Of a stretch of DNA of 57,283 bases, positions 7,923 to 17,346 are shown one piece after another; position 1 is the first letter of the stretch; the number at the start of each line of letters is the position of its first letter. Under the pieces are notes generated by a model that worked only from the letters and a program-made list of their open reading frames with translations, was not told where the DNA came from and did not search any database. Source of the DNA: a virus (taxonomy: Duplodnaviria; Caudoviricetes); the IMG/VR virus record IMGVR_UViG_3300017914_001352, positions 1 to 57,283 of that record; one strand, given 5' to 3'. A program made the translations under genes and the position numbers.

Positions 7923-9660
7923 CGCAAGTTTCTAATTTATTGTTTAGTTCTTTTATGGCTTCAATCAATAACGCAATTACTTTATCGTATCGAACTGCAT
8001 AATAGCCATTGTCTCTTTGGGTAACAACCTCTGGCAATACTTTTAAGATTTGTTGTGCAATCACACCGACATCGTGACCTTTGTTTGGGTGCAACTTTTC
8101 ATTCTCTATCCAATCAAATTCAACACCACTTACTTGGAGCAGTTTTTCTAGTGCTGATCCTATAGGTGTAATGTTTTCTTTAAGCCTTTCATCCGAAGAG
8201 TAAAATGCTACAATATCATTTGTGGCTCTAATATGACCAGTTGTACCCGAGGCTGAAGTACCAACGCCAAGACTATTTACTTGTGCATTTGAGTCGGTGG
8301 TAAAACCTCCCGGCGCACCTTTATCACCTTTATCTCCGTTAGTCCCGTTAGAACCATTCGTCCCATTAGACCCCGGCGCACCCTTGTCTCCCTTGTCTCC
8401 GTTGGTTCCATTCGTTCCATTACTACCATTTGAACCCGGCTCACCTTTATCGCCATTAGTCCCATTAGAGCCATTAGTCCCGTTCGTTCCCGGCTCACCC
8501 TTTGCCCCTTTGTCTCCGTTAGTCCCGTTAGTTCCGTTCGAGCCATTCGCTCCAGGTTCGCCCTTATCTCCGTTAGTTCCGTTACTTCCGTTACTCCCTG
8601 GGGCACCTTTCTGCCCCTTACTTCCACTTGCACCTTGCGGAATTTGAAAGTCAAATTGAGCATCTTGACTATTTCCACTATTGGATACTGTAGCGGATTC
8701 ATCTGATCCTACAGTTTCAACAGTGCCTATCGTAATTGTTGCAGCACTTCCGTTTGAACCATTACTTCCGTTACTCCCTGGAGCTCCTTTCTGCCCCTTG
8801 TTGCCCTTGTCCCCATTGGTTCCATTGCTTCCGTTTGAACCTGGCTCTCCCTTATCTCCATTGGTTCCGTTAGAACCATTAGAACCGGGTGCCCCTTTAT
8901 CTCCTTTGTCTCCGTTCGTCCCATTCGATCCATTAGAACCGGGTGCTCCTTTAGCTCCTTTAGCTCCGTCTGATCCACGAGGAATGGTAAAATCAAATTG
9001 AGCATCTTGACTATTTCCACTATTGGATACACTAGCATCACTACCTGCATCTCCTGTAGAAACTGTTCCTATAGTAATAGTAGCAGCTGATCCATTCGTA
9101 CCATTAGACCCATTAGACCCAGGCGCACCTTTCTGTCCTTTATCCCCATTGGTTCCGTTGGAGCCGTTAGACCCCGGCTCTCCCTTATCCCCATTGGTTC
9201 CGTTAGAGCCGTTAGACCCCGGCGCACCCTTTTCCCCTTTGTCTCCATTGGTTCCGTTAGAACCATTACTTCCGTTGGTTCCCGGTGCACCTTTCTGTCC
9301 CTTGGCTCCGTCTGATCCACGAGGAATAGTAAAATCAAATATTGCTGCACTATCTGTACCGCTATTTGAAACTGAAGCATCGGAACCACCTTCACCTGTA
9401 CTAGTTGTACCAACGCTAATAGTAGCAGAAGTTCCATTACTTCCATTGGTTCCGCCCTGCCCCTTCTGACCTTTCTGCCCCTTGTCCCCATTTGTACCAT
9501 TGGTTCCGTTAGTACCATTGGAACCATTGGAACCCGGCTCTCCCTTAAGACCGCTATTGCTTCCTACCCATGCACCTGTCTCATCAATAACCTCGGTGCT
9601 ACCGATGTAAATCGATCCGTCAACTTCAATGTCCGATAAATGCTTAATAGCCATATTCAA
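7894..9660 (-). CDS. Collagen-like tail fibre with C-terminal peptidase S74 intramolecular chaperone
   Basis: Four Gly-X-Y blocks separated by three ~37-aa knob repeats; SSDERLKENI...GVIAQ...VRYDKVIALLIEAIKEL chaperone domain. Confidence 0.9.
   Translation of the reverse strand: MNMAIKHLSDIEVDGSIYIGSTEVIDETGAWVGSNSGLKGEPGSNGSNGTNGTNGTNGDKGQKGQKGQGGTNGSNGTSATISVGTTSTGEGGSDASVSNSGTDSAAIFDFTIPRGSDGAKGQKGAPGTNGSNGSNGTNGDKGEKGAPGSNGSNGTNGDKGEPGSNGSNGTNGDKGQKGAPGSNGSNGTNGSAATITIGTVSTGDAGSDASVSNSGNSQDAQFDFTIPRGSDGAKGAKGAPGSNGSNGTNGDKGDKGAPGSNGSNGTNGDKGEPGSNGSNGTNGDKGNKGQKGAPGSNGSNGSNGSAATITIGTVETVGSDESATVSNSGNSQDAQFDFQIPQGASGSKGQKGAPGSNGSNGTNGDKGEPGANGSNGTNGTNGDKGAKGEPGTNGTNGSNGTNGDKGEPGSNGSNGTNGTNGDKGDKGAPGSNGTNGSNGTNGDKGDKGAPGGFTTDSNAQVNSLGVGTSASGTTGHIRATNDIVAFYSSDERLKENITPIGSALEKLLQVSGVEFDWIENEKLHPNKGHDVGVIAQQILKVLPEVVTQRDNGYYAVRYDKVIALLIEAIKELNNKLETCDGFTKKRKY
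8310..9552 (-). repeat. Collagen (Gly-X-Y)n coding repeats with three ATI(T/S)(I/V)GT...FDFTIPRG-type spacers
   Basis: GSNGSNGTNGDKGxKGAP units visible in both protein and DNA. Confidence 0.9.
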
Positions 9661-9665
9661 TTATT

Positions 9666-9696
9666 AAAAAAGGGGAGAGGTTTTAACCTCCCCCCT
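9666..9696 (-). terminator. Intrinsic terminator between fibre genes
   Basis: GGGGGAGGTT-AA-AACCTCTCCCC hairpin plus T6. Confidence 0.65.
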
Positions 9697-9727
9697 CCTA
9701 GTTTATTTATAAGATTCAATATAATAA

Positions 9728-11485
9728 TTATCCAACAACTCTACTAATGAAGACTACATAGTTGCTATCTCCAGGGTTGGTGGTAAATCTTAAAATTGTA
9801 TTATTAGTATCCTTGCTTTCCGAATCAACAAACACTTGCTTGTAAGGACTACCTGCTTGACGAAGGGTAACATGTACATCACGGCTCCCAAGGTTGTGAC
9901 GAAGAGTCCAAGTCTTATTAGTATCCGCTACAGTAATGTTTGCATCACCACTAGAAACAAGCGTAGCAGAGTACATTGTATCCGCAATACCTTTTGGCGT
10001 TACCGCACGAGCAGTGTCCGTACCTGTGGTTACCTCACCAGAGGTAGCAATTTCGATAATACCCTTGTTAGAAGTAGAGGCATCTTCTCCCGCTACAGTA
10101 AACACACCACTTGAAACACTTACATCGATACCCTCACCTGCATCGACACGAGCAACACCAAGCGCACTTGAAGTAGCCGTTGCAACAGAGAAGTCTATAC
10201 CATTACCTGCATCGTCATCCGTAATAGTAATATTGGTATGAGAACCATTAGTAACAATTTGTGCTGTGGTGACATCACGAACGGACTCATCTGATCTTTG
10301 AGTGTTTGTATCTGCTAAAACAAAGTCTACATATGTAGAGCCATCGTTTGTGAACTGCCATCTATCGGTTGATTCGTTCCAACGAATTGCGGTGTCCGTA
10401 CCTGATCCACGATTGACAATGATACTTGCATTTTCGGTAGGACCAGTATCTCCAGGGAGGTCGCTATTAAGAGTAATTTCATTATCAGCAATATCAAGTG
10501 TAGCAGAGTTTACTGTAGTCGTAGTACCATCTACTTGTAAATTACCACGAATAACAACAGTAGTATCGTCACCAGAGTCACCAATGTTTACAGTGTCCTC
10601 ACTAGTAAATGATGCAAGAGCAGTAATTAAGTTTGCCTTACTTACATCATCGTTAGCAGTACCAGCGATAGTAACTGCACCAGCCGATTCAGTAATTGTG
10701 ATATTGCTACCTGCTGTGAATGCTAGTGTTTCTGAAGCTCCTAATGTATTACCACCAGCCGTAACTGTACGGAATGTGTTGGTAGTAAAAGTAAGTTCGT
10801 CTTGCATGTAGTTTGCAAGATTCTTAACAGTACCCTCTTTTAATGCAGTCGCCGAGGCATCATATACAAGTAACGTATCAGCATCAGCAAACGCACTACC
10901 AAGATCAGTTTGACCTGTAATTGCAGTTACATCAAGGTGTTCGTCAGAGATAGCATTATCTGCTATTTTTGCTGATGTCACTGCATCACCTGTAATTTGA
11001 TTGGTGTCTACAGAATCTAAATCCGCAAGTGCCCCATTGTTGGCTGTTGCACCATTTGCAACATTAATCATTGTACGAACATTCGCAGCAGTAAGAGCGG
11101 AAGGCGCAGCGGCAGAACCGCTCACATTACCGAGGATTGTATCGTCTGCAATGTTGGCGATTTTTGCTAGTGTTACACCACTATTCTTTACGGAGATGAC
11201 ACTATTTGAAATGCCGATTGTCGAGTCATCGATCTTAACACCACCAAGGGTAGTAGTGGTTGCAGTTGGAAGCGTGTATGTTGTACCTACATCTTGATAA
11301 TTAGTACCATCGAAGTAACGAATCTTATCAGTGTCGGTACGATAAATCATACGACCCTCGAAGTTGTTTGTTGAAGGATCAGCGGTTACTTGCTGGAATG
11401 ATGCGTTTATAAGTTGCAGCGAACCATTCGCCGTAAACGTAATATTACCATCAACTTCTAAACTACTTAAAAACTTAATAGCCAT
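9728..11485 (-). CDS. Tail fibre protein
   Basis: Thr/Ser/Gly/Asp-rich; ATTTTLGGVKI, VTSAKIAD, GNLQVDGTTTTVNS, ASTSNKGIIEIAT and HNLGSRDV fibre motifs. Confidence 0.8.
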   Translation of the reverse strand: MAIKFLSSLEVDGNITFTANGSLQLINASFQQVTADPSTNNFEGRMIYRTDTDKIRYFDGTNYQDVGTTYTLPTATTTTLGGVKIDDSTIGISNSVISVKNSGVTLAKIANIADDTILGNVSGSAAAPSALTAANVRTMINVANGATANNGALADLDSVDTNQITGDAVTSAKIADNAISDEHLDVTAITGQTDLGSAFADADTLLVYDASATALKEGTVKNLANYMQDELTFTTNTFRTVTAGGNTLGASETLAFTAGSNITITESAGAVTIAGTANDDVSKANLITALASFTSEDTVNIGDSGDDTTVVIRGNLQVDGTTTTVNSATLDIADNEITLNSDLPGDTGPTENASIIVNRGSGTDTAIRWNESTDRWQFTNDGSTYVDFVLADTNTQRSDESVRDVTTAQIVTNGSHTNITITDDDAGNGIDFSVATATSSALGVARVDAGEGIDVSVSSGVFTVAGEDASTSNKGIIEIATSGEVTTGTDTARAVTPKGIADTMYSATLVSSGDANITVADTNKTWTLRHNLGSRDVHVTLRQAGSPYKQVFVDSESKDTNNTILRFTTNPGDSNYVVFISRVVG

Positions 11486-11513
11486 TATGGTCTTTTTTTA
11501 TTGTTTTACAAAT

Positions 11514-11840
11514 TTAGTTTAAATATGCCTTACCCGAGGTAGGGGCAGATAGTGTAACAACTAGAGAATTGTCGTCCGTATAACTTACCTCTGCAAATAT
11601 CACTGTGTCTGCTGTGTCTACCACAGTAACGCTAGGCTTTTTACCTAGGTTATGAGTTATGCTCCAAGAGTCACTTGAACCAACCTGATCGTGTTCATAA
11701 GAAGATGTAGCGGGTTTACTAGCAATCACGCCTTTTATCGCAACCCTTGTGGATGGCTACGATATTTTTGTGGCGTTAACTGTAGCGTTTGCTAATTTTA
11801 CAGATACCTGATCACCGCTCTTTACTTCTAAATTACTCAC
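11514..11840 (-). CDS. Small tail-associated protein (THNLGKKPSVTVVD); likely full length from GTG 11840 with an in-frame TAG at 11757-11759
   Basis: ORF track gives 11514..11729; hand extension gives one internal amber and a start overlapping the upstream stop. Confidence 0.55.
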
Positions 11841-12192
11841 TTATGTCTTCGTTAATCTTGAACACTCCGTAAATCCATGTCTTAATGGTACCCCCGTTGT
11901 CTGATTGTAAATCATAAACAAACACACCTGAAGTGGCTGCTGCCATTGTTGCAGCGGTAGCACCTACTGTAAGTTTTCCCTGCTCATTACCCGTATAGGT
12001 AAAGCTCGAGTCACCAATGATATCTCCGCTTGAAGTAGCCGTCTCTTTAACATCCATCTTCCAACTGTAAGAAGATAGGTCAATAGCATCTCCATCATCA
12101 TCGGTAAAGGTGAGTTCTATTTTAAAAGTGTCCCCTTTACGACATGTGATGTCAACTCTTTGAGCGTTATCAAGATTTATAACTGTAGCCAT
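11833..12192 (-). CDS. Ig-like/BppU-type tail adaptor protein
   Basis: DITCRKGDTF...IDLSSY...VYDLQ...G.F.INEDIS pattern; promoter at 12197-12204. Confidence 0.6.
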   Translation of the reverse strand: MATVINLDNAQRVDITCRKGDTFKIELTFTDDDGDAIDLSSYSWKMDVKETATSSGDIIGDSSFTYTGNEQGKLTVGATAATMAAATSGVFVYDLQSDNGGTIKTWIYGVFKINEDISE

Positions 12193-12209
12193 ATTGCAAA
12201 GATACTAAC

Positions 12210-14648
12210 TTATTGGTTGTTAAAAATTTGTGCTAAATCGTCTCCGTCTTCGAGTTCTTCTCGCTTCCCTTGTCGTTGTGAGATCAGTTTAGATTGCTCG
12301 ACCGCTTGTTTTTCAATGCGCTCATCTTTACGATCTTCCTTCATAAATTCAAGGTTTTGACGGAAAGAATTACCACCCTGTGTTTGAGCCAATACGATTT
12401 GAGATTTCATTGCTTGAATCTCTTTGTCATATTGATGTTGCAACTGCATCATTTGAGCCTTAATCTTGGCTTCCATTTGAATCTTCTGCATTTCAAGTTG
12501 TGCTTCAGCCTGCTTCTTCTGCAACTCTAATTGTGTAGATTGTTGTTGCGTTTGTGCATTGGCTTGAGCTTGAGCTTGAATGTTTTGCATTTGAGCCTCT
12601 TGCTTTTGCTTGATTCTCTTCTTTCTACGGAGGATGAGCAGTCGTTCAGCCTGATCCACATCACGAAGATTGCGAATAGCGATAGCATCCTCTAGGTCAA
12701 TTTCTTGTTGACCTAATGCGATTTGAATGTTTTGCTCCATGTATTGTCTATCCATGTCGTCCATGGCTGCAACAACACGAACACCGAAGTTGTACATAGG
12801 CAGGTCTTTGAAACTACTCAAAATACCCATGTTGGTTTCTCCGATTGCATTCGAATATATACGATAGAGAACGCTTCCTTCCGGGATGATTTGCAAACAT
12901 TTAATGACATCTTCGGCTACACGCTTGTAGAGAACTTGTGCCGAATGGGTGATGTCATATATTGCGTTATTACCCGCTGCAAGTTGTTGTTGACGAACAC
13001 CAACCAACTGATCCCCTTTAGGAGATGTACCATCCATCACTTCATTGATACCTGTAGCATCACGAATCATCCGAAGGTTGTGGTTGTAAATACCGATAAG
13101 TTCGTTGATGTTTCTTATCTGATTGTCAATTGCACGAACAGGTGGGTTTTGGAATCCTCCTTCTGGGTTTTTACTTCTATAGTAGAACACACCCGTTTGT
13201 TCGTAAATGTCCTGGAGTTCAAGTGGTTCAAGGCTTCCGCTTCTACCTAATTGTACATTCTCAAGACCTTCGATATCAATGATTAGACCATCGGGTTTTG
13301 CTTTAGCGATTGCTTGTTGTAGTTTCAAATGAGACAACTGCAACTGATCGGCAAAACTAATAATCCCAGAAACCAAAGACTTCGGCATCATACGGCGAAG
13401 GTTGGTAGAGATTACATGATACGATAGTTTAGTCTTGGTGATATCGTGTATGTTCTTTGGTATATTTTTTTGTAGACCATAATTGAACACATACTTTGTA
13501 CCAATAATAAAAGAACCACCATACAATGTTGTGTTAGTCATGCAGTGTGGTTGTCTTTCGTATACGCTTTCCGTTGGTGCTTTGTATTCGTGTCCCTTGT
13601 AATAGAACCCTGTGTGTCCATGTCGAGTCTCCTTCTCTTCAAAGTACATCTTATCAATAGACAAGAATTCAAAGTCTAGAACCTCAACAAAATACTCATC
13701 ATAACCATAAGTCGCTCTTTGCAAGTTCTTATCGTAATAAGAATGTGTCAATCGGCTAGGGTTGTTTTGGAATCGGTTGCGAACAGTCTTTGCTATTTTC
13801 TCGTAGGTCTCTTCATCGAATTGCTCACCTGCAAGTCGCTTCAACTCTTGGATTGTAATACGCTTGATGTGACCCGCATATACCATGTCATCGAAGTTGT
13901 GGTCTTCGGTGTAACTATGAATAAAATACGATGGGTCTACATACTCCTCGGTGATTCCGTGGTTTGGATCGTTGTTTCTTTTGACCACCGCCATACCATT
14001 GGTAACAAGATCAGATACCGCTCTACGATATGTGGTGTCATGGAAGTTGTTCCAGTTAAGTGTCATTTGCGTTGCAAGTTGTGCAGCGACCTCTGCCTCC
14101 GTCTTCACATTTGTGTCCATGAAGATTTCGGCTTCTTCCAAACTTTCTGGAATGGATTCCGGGTCAACATCAGTGGCTATACCTAACTCCTTGGCTTTCA
14201 TCAAGAAGTCTCTAGTCATGATTTGACCTTTGAGTTTATTTTTTCTTTTGTCCTTTTCGGTTTGAGACAACGGATCAACTGCCTCCACATTTGGATATGG
14301 ATCAGCGGACAAAATCTTGTTGACTACAATTTTTACGAATTTAGGAATGATAGGTACGGGTGACCAATCAAGGTTAAGCAATGAGCCGTCCCCATTGTTT
14401 GGGTCAAGACTGTTTAGAATCTGCTTGTAACGAGATGTGTCTTGAGTACCATTCGCATAATCACGATTGGTCTCAAATTCTTTTTTTCTTCGGTAATACA
14501 AAGAACCCTCGTCATCCGAGCTACCCCATTGACCTTCAATTGCTTTAGCATATTTTAATCCATAAGATTTACTCGCCTTTATTTCAGGTGATGCTAGTGG
14601 ATCAGGGAAGTTGCCGTACCTTTCGTTTTCTTGTTGATTATCAAACAT
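12210..14648 (-). CDS. Portal protein (crAss-like)
   Basis: 812 aa directly downstream of TerL; LDWSPVPIIPKFVKIVVN, RDATGINE motifs; Q-rich coiled-coil C-terminal barrel. Confidence 0.85.
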   Translation of the reverse strand: MFDNQQENERYGNFPDPLASPEIKASKSYGLKYAKAIEGQWGSSDDEGSLYYRRKKEFETNRDYANGTQDTSRYKQILNSLDPNNGDGSLLNLDWSPVPIIPKFVKIVVNKILSADPYPNVEAVDPLSQTEKDKRKNKLKGQIMTRDFLMKAKELGIATDVDPESIPESLEEAEIFMDTNVKTEAEVAAQLATQMTLNWNNFHDTTYRRAVSDLVTNGMAVVKRNNDPNHGITEEYVDPSYFIHSYTEDHNFDDMVYAGHIKRITIQELKRLAGEQFDEETYEKIAKTVRNRFQNNPSRLTHSYYDKNLQRATYGYDEYFVEVLDFEFLSIDKMYFEEKETRHGHTGFYYKGHEYKAPTESVYERQPHCMTNTTLYGGSFIIGTKYVFNYGLQKNIPKNIHDITKTKLSYHVISTNLRRMMPKSLVSGIISFADQLQLSHLKLQQAIAKAKPDGLIIDIEGLENVQLGRSGSLEPLELQDIYEQTGVFYYRSKNPEGGFQNPPVRAIDNQIRNINELIGIYNHNLRMIRDATGINEVMDGTSPKGDQLVGVRQQQLAAGNNAIYDITHSAQVLYKRVAEDVIKCLQIIPEGSVLYRIYSNAIGETNMGILSSFKDLPMYNFGVRVVAAMDDMDRQYMEQNIQIALGQQEIDLEDAIAIRNLRDVDQAERLLILRRKKRIKQKQEAQMQNIQAQAQANAQTQQQSTQLELQKKQAEAQLEMQKIQMEAKIKAQMMQLQHQYDKEIQAMKSQIVLAQTQGGNSFRQNLEFMKEDRKDERIEKQAVEQSKLISQRQGKREELEDGDDLAQIFNNQ

Positions 14649-14708
14649 TTCGTGAGATATCTATTCATGCAAATATACCAATTAATACAAGGTGTTGAGC
14701 CTAGGGTA

Positions 14709-16826
14709 CTAGAGCTTATACCTCCTAAAGAATTTTTTCTCACTAAAGTCAGACTGCTTTTTTTCTTGTTTGACTTTTTGCGCCCCTAATAAGGCAAGAC
14801 CGCTTGAAATTGTTAAATCGTATTTTGTACGATTATCAATCTTAAACCCGATCCAATCTTCTAGGGTTCGAGAAAAATACATGTTACCCATCGAGCCATC
14901 GTTGTCGTTAGTACCTACATAGTTATGTATATACTCTTCAACCGCTTGTGCATGTGATTGGATAACATCAGCAGAGTTAGATGGTATACCTTTTGTCTTG
15001 ACATTCACTCTTGAAGAAGAAGATGTCAAGTGTTGAGGTCTATCCATTATATATCCATCGTATCCTCTTTGTTCAAAGTATCTTACGATTCCATACTTGT
15101 TATTTTCTATGAGTAGTGGATATCCATAGAATACCGCACACATCAATACATCTTCATAAAATATTTTGGCTAGTGGTGGTCTTGAAGCGTATTCGACCAC
15201 GAACATATTAGAAGGGCAGGCAAGGTTGAATTTATTATAAAGATGCAATGCGCCTTTAGAACCTCTACCATCAAGCGTAGCATCGAGGTCGTAACTATCG
15301 ACCCCACCAACACCGATATGAGCATTTCCAGGTTTCTTGATACCTCGCTCTATAACCATGTTGTTTCGTATATCGGCTGGGGGAAGCCAAGATATATGAA
15401 ACCGCCCATTAATATCTGGATGGAATACAACCTTCGAATCTTGTATAGCATCCTTCCAAGCAAAGTTACCCCTTACAACTGGATTAGGGAAGAGATTATC
15501 GTTATATGTCGTTTGTTCATATATCTTCGTTAGGTTAAAAAGAGACCCTTGTATACTATCACGAAAGGCTTCGTCTTCCGTAAAAGGGAACTGTCGTATC
15601 ACCTCGTTGAGCTCCGAGTGGTCATTCTTTAAAGACTCTCTTTCGTTTTTTAAAAATGTTTTTGCACCGATATCGATCACCTCTCCGTCAATACCTTTTA
15701 TAGGTTGGTCCGGGTCTTCTATAACGGGATTTCCGTAGATGTCAAAAAATCCTTCGAGTGCTTCGTATGAAGGAATGAATATTCTATATAGACCCGATCT
15801 TGTTCTTCCGTTTTTGTTTCGTTGGTACGGACTACTATCTTGCCAGAGTTCCTTGTATTCTTTCCCCCCTTTGCTCATAGGGTTTACAGTCGAACCCATC
15901 AAACACTTCCCGATCACTCTACGACCTACGATAAGACATGTTCTTTGAATACGCCATGCTTCACGAATGTCGGTAGGCTTTTCCCACTTACCTGCCTCGT
16001 CCAAGTACAGCATATGTAGTTTCTCACCATCGTATGCATTATTGGTTGTGTTCTTCCAATTGATTATTGTATTTAGGGCTTCGCCTTGTTGAGCAGTTTT
16101 ATTCTTCTTGGTGATTCTCTTTGCAGGTTCTCGGAATGCAAGTTCCATACGAGGGTTGGTAGTACCATCTTGTATGGGCTTGAAAAAGAATGGGTAGGAT
16201 TTAAATATTGAAACAATCTTCTTCATGAAGATATTCTCTTGAGCATCCTTACCCGTCTTGGATTGTAGACCAAGTAATTTTTCCTTTACCTGTGTGCCTT
16301 CATCAACTAGGGTACAAGCACTCATGTTTGTGTATCCGCTACGGCGACACTTGGTGTATACTTGACCTAGTGATCGGGGGTCGATCTCACACGCTTTTTG
16401 GTGGACGAAAAGTCTTTGTTGAAACTCTAAATAGTACGGATATCCAATATCAATTTTTGACCATTGGAGCATCATGTAGTGTCTCCCGGTAATGTAAGTG
16501 GCTACACCATTATTCATAAACCAAACGCCATTATTTCTTCTTTCAAACTCTTGCTTGATGTAGGCGAGGTGTCTGTTTCTAAATTCTTTAGGCATCTCCA
16601 ACCACTCATCCATGGAGCGTATACGAGACATCTCTTGGGGCATGGGTATCCTCCTCCAATACTGATCCTTTTTAGGTAGGTCGGAAAACAAAATAGTTCC
16701 CTTTTGGGGAACTTTAGGTAATTGTATGTAGAGACCTGACAACTCTATAACTTCCCCTTCTGTATCATTCATACAGATGTTTATTACCGAATCATCAAAG
16801 TCTTCGAGCTCTTTTATACCAGCCAT
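14709..16826 (-). CDS. terL: Terminase large subunit
   Basis: Walker A-like KCRRSGYT, Walker B LYLDEAGKW, GSTVN coupling motif, RNase H-like GGVDSYD, IENNK, YDLTISSGLAL. Confidence 0.92.
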   Translation of the reverse strand: MAGIKELEDFDDSVINICMNDTEGEVIELSGLYIQLPKVPQKGTILFSDLPKKDQYWRRIPMPQEMSRIRSMDEWLEMPKEFRNRHLAYIKQEFERRNNGVWFMNNGVATYITGRHYMMLQWSKIDIGYPYYLEFQQRLFVHQKACEIDPRSLGQVYTKCRRSGYTNMSACTLVDEGTQVKEKLLGLQSKTGKDAQENIFMKKIVSIFKSYPFFFKPIQDGTTNPRMELAFREPAKRITKKNKTAQQGEALNTIINWKNTTNNAYDGEKLHMLYLDEAGKWEKPTDIREAWRIQRTCLIVGRRVIGKCLMGSTVNPMSKGGKEYKELWQDSSPYQRNKNGRTRSGLYRIFIPSYEALEGFFDIYGNPVIEDPDQPIKGIDGEVIDIGAKTFLKNERESLKNDHSELNEVIRQFPFTEDEAFRDSIQGSLFNLTKIYEQTTYNDNLFPNPVVRGNFAWKDAIQDSKVVFHPDINGRFHISWLPPADIRNNMVIERGIKKPGNAHIGVGGVDSYDLDATLDGRGSKGALHLYNKFNLACPSNMFVVEYASRPPLAKIFYEDVLMCAVFYGYPLLIENNKYGIVRYFEQRGYDGYIMDRPQHLTSSSSRVNVKTKGIPSNSADVIQSHAQAVEEYIHNYVGTNDNDGSMGNMYFSRTLEDWIGFKIDNRTKYDLTISSGLALLGAQKVKQEKKQSDFSEKKFFRRYKL

Positions 16827-16866
16827 TTATTTTATTTTTCTTACTTTACATTAAATTAACATTGAT

Positions 16867-16995
16867 ATGAGAAAGATAATTATACTAATTGCTAGTGTTT
16901 TACTTTGTGCATGTGCCTCATCTGATGCGTATGTGGTGCAAAATTGCACCGAGCCTAAATGTGAGATTACCGCTATACACCACCATATGTGGTAG
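16867..16995 (+). CDS. 42-aa predicted lipoprotein MRKIIILIASVLLCAC...CTEPKC...HHHMW
   Basis: Hand translation; lipobox LCAC; AT-rich translation initiation region upstream. Confidence 0.55.
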   Translation: MRKIIILIASVLLCACASSDAYVVQNCTEPKCEITAIHHHMW

Positions 16996-17155
16996 AATTT
17001 TCTAGGTACTGTAAAATTAATTCATATTGAATCACCTTCTTTTGATAGGTATTCGGCGTTTGCATATAAATAATTTGTTTGCATTGCTTTATAGCACCTT
17101 GTAAACTACCACTGCTCTTTATTAATCGAATAGCCTGTTGTTCTACTGATCTCAT
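16973..17155 (-). CDS. Hypothetical protein
   Basis: ORF track; overlaps upstream stop. Confidence 0.5.
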   Translation of the reverse strand: MRSVEQQAIRLIKSSGSLQGAIKQCKQIIYMQTPNTYQKKVIQYELILQYLENSTTYGGV

Positions 17156-17346
17156 TCGACTAGCATTCTATCGATTTTTTCTGGATCGAATTTTCTCACC
17201 TTCTGCAACCGCTCGTTTTCTATCCTTCGAGCGTTATCATACTCTTCTTTTGTGCTATCCGTACCAAGTTCGGTAAACATCTTTGCGTTACGGCGTAACA
17301 CACAATCGATTACTTGTTTTGCAATTGGGTCTGTAACATAACTCAT
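17152..17346 (-). CDS. Hypothetical protein
   Basis: ORF track; NAKMFTELGTDST. Confidence 0.6.
   Translation of the reverse strand: MSYVTDPIAKQVIDCVLRRNAKMFTELGTDSTKEEYDNARRIENERLQKVRKFDPEKIDRMLVE

Noticed and set aside
8277-9527. Several overlapping ORFs on both strands within the collagen fibre
   Set aside because: Shadow frames produced by the Gly-X-Y repeat; no independent signals
8310-9552. Tandem DNA repeats as a possible CRISPR array or DGR template/variable repeat
   Set aside because: The repeats are in-frame coding units with synonymous variation; no spacers, cas genes or reverse transcriptase
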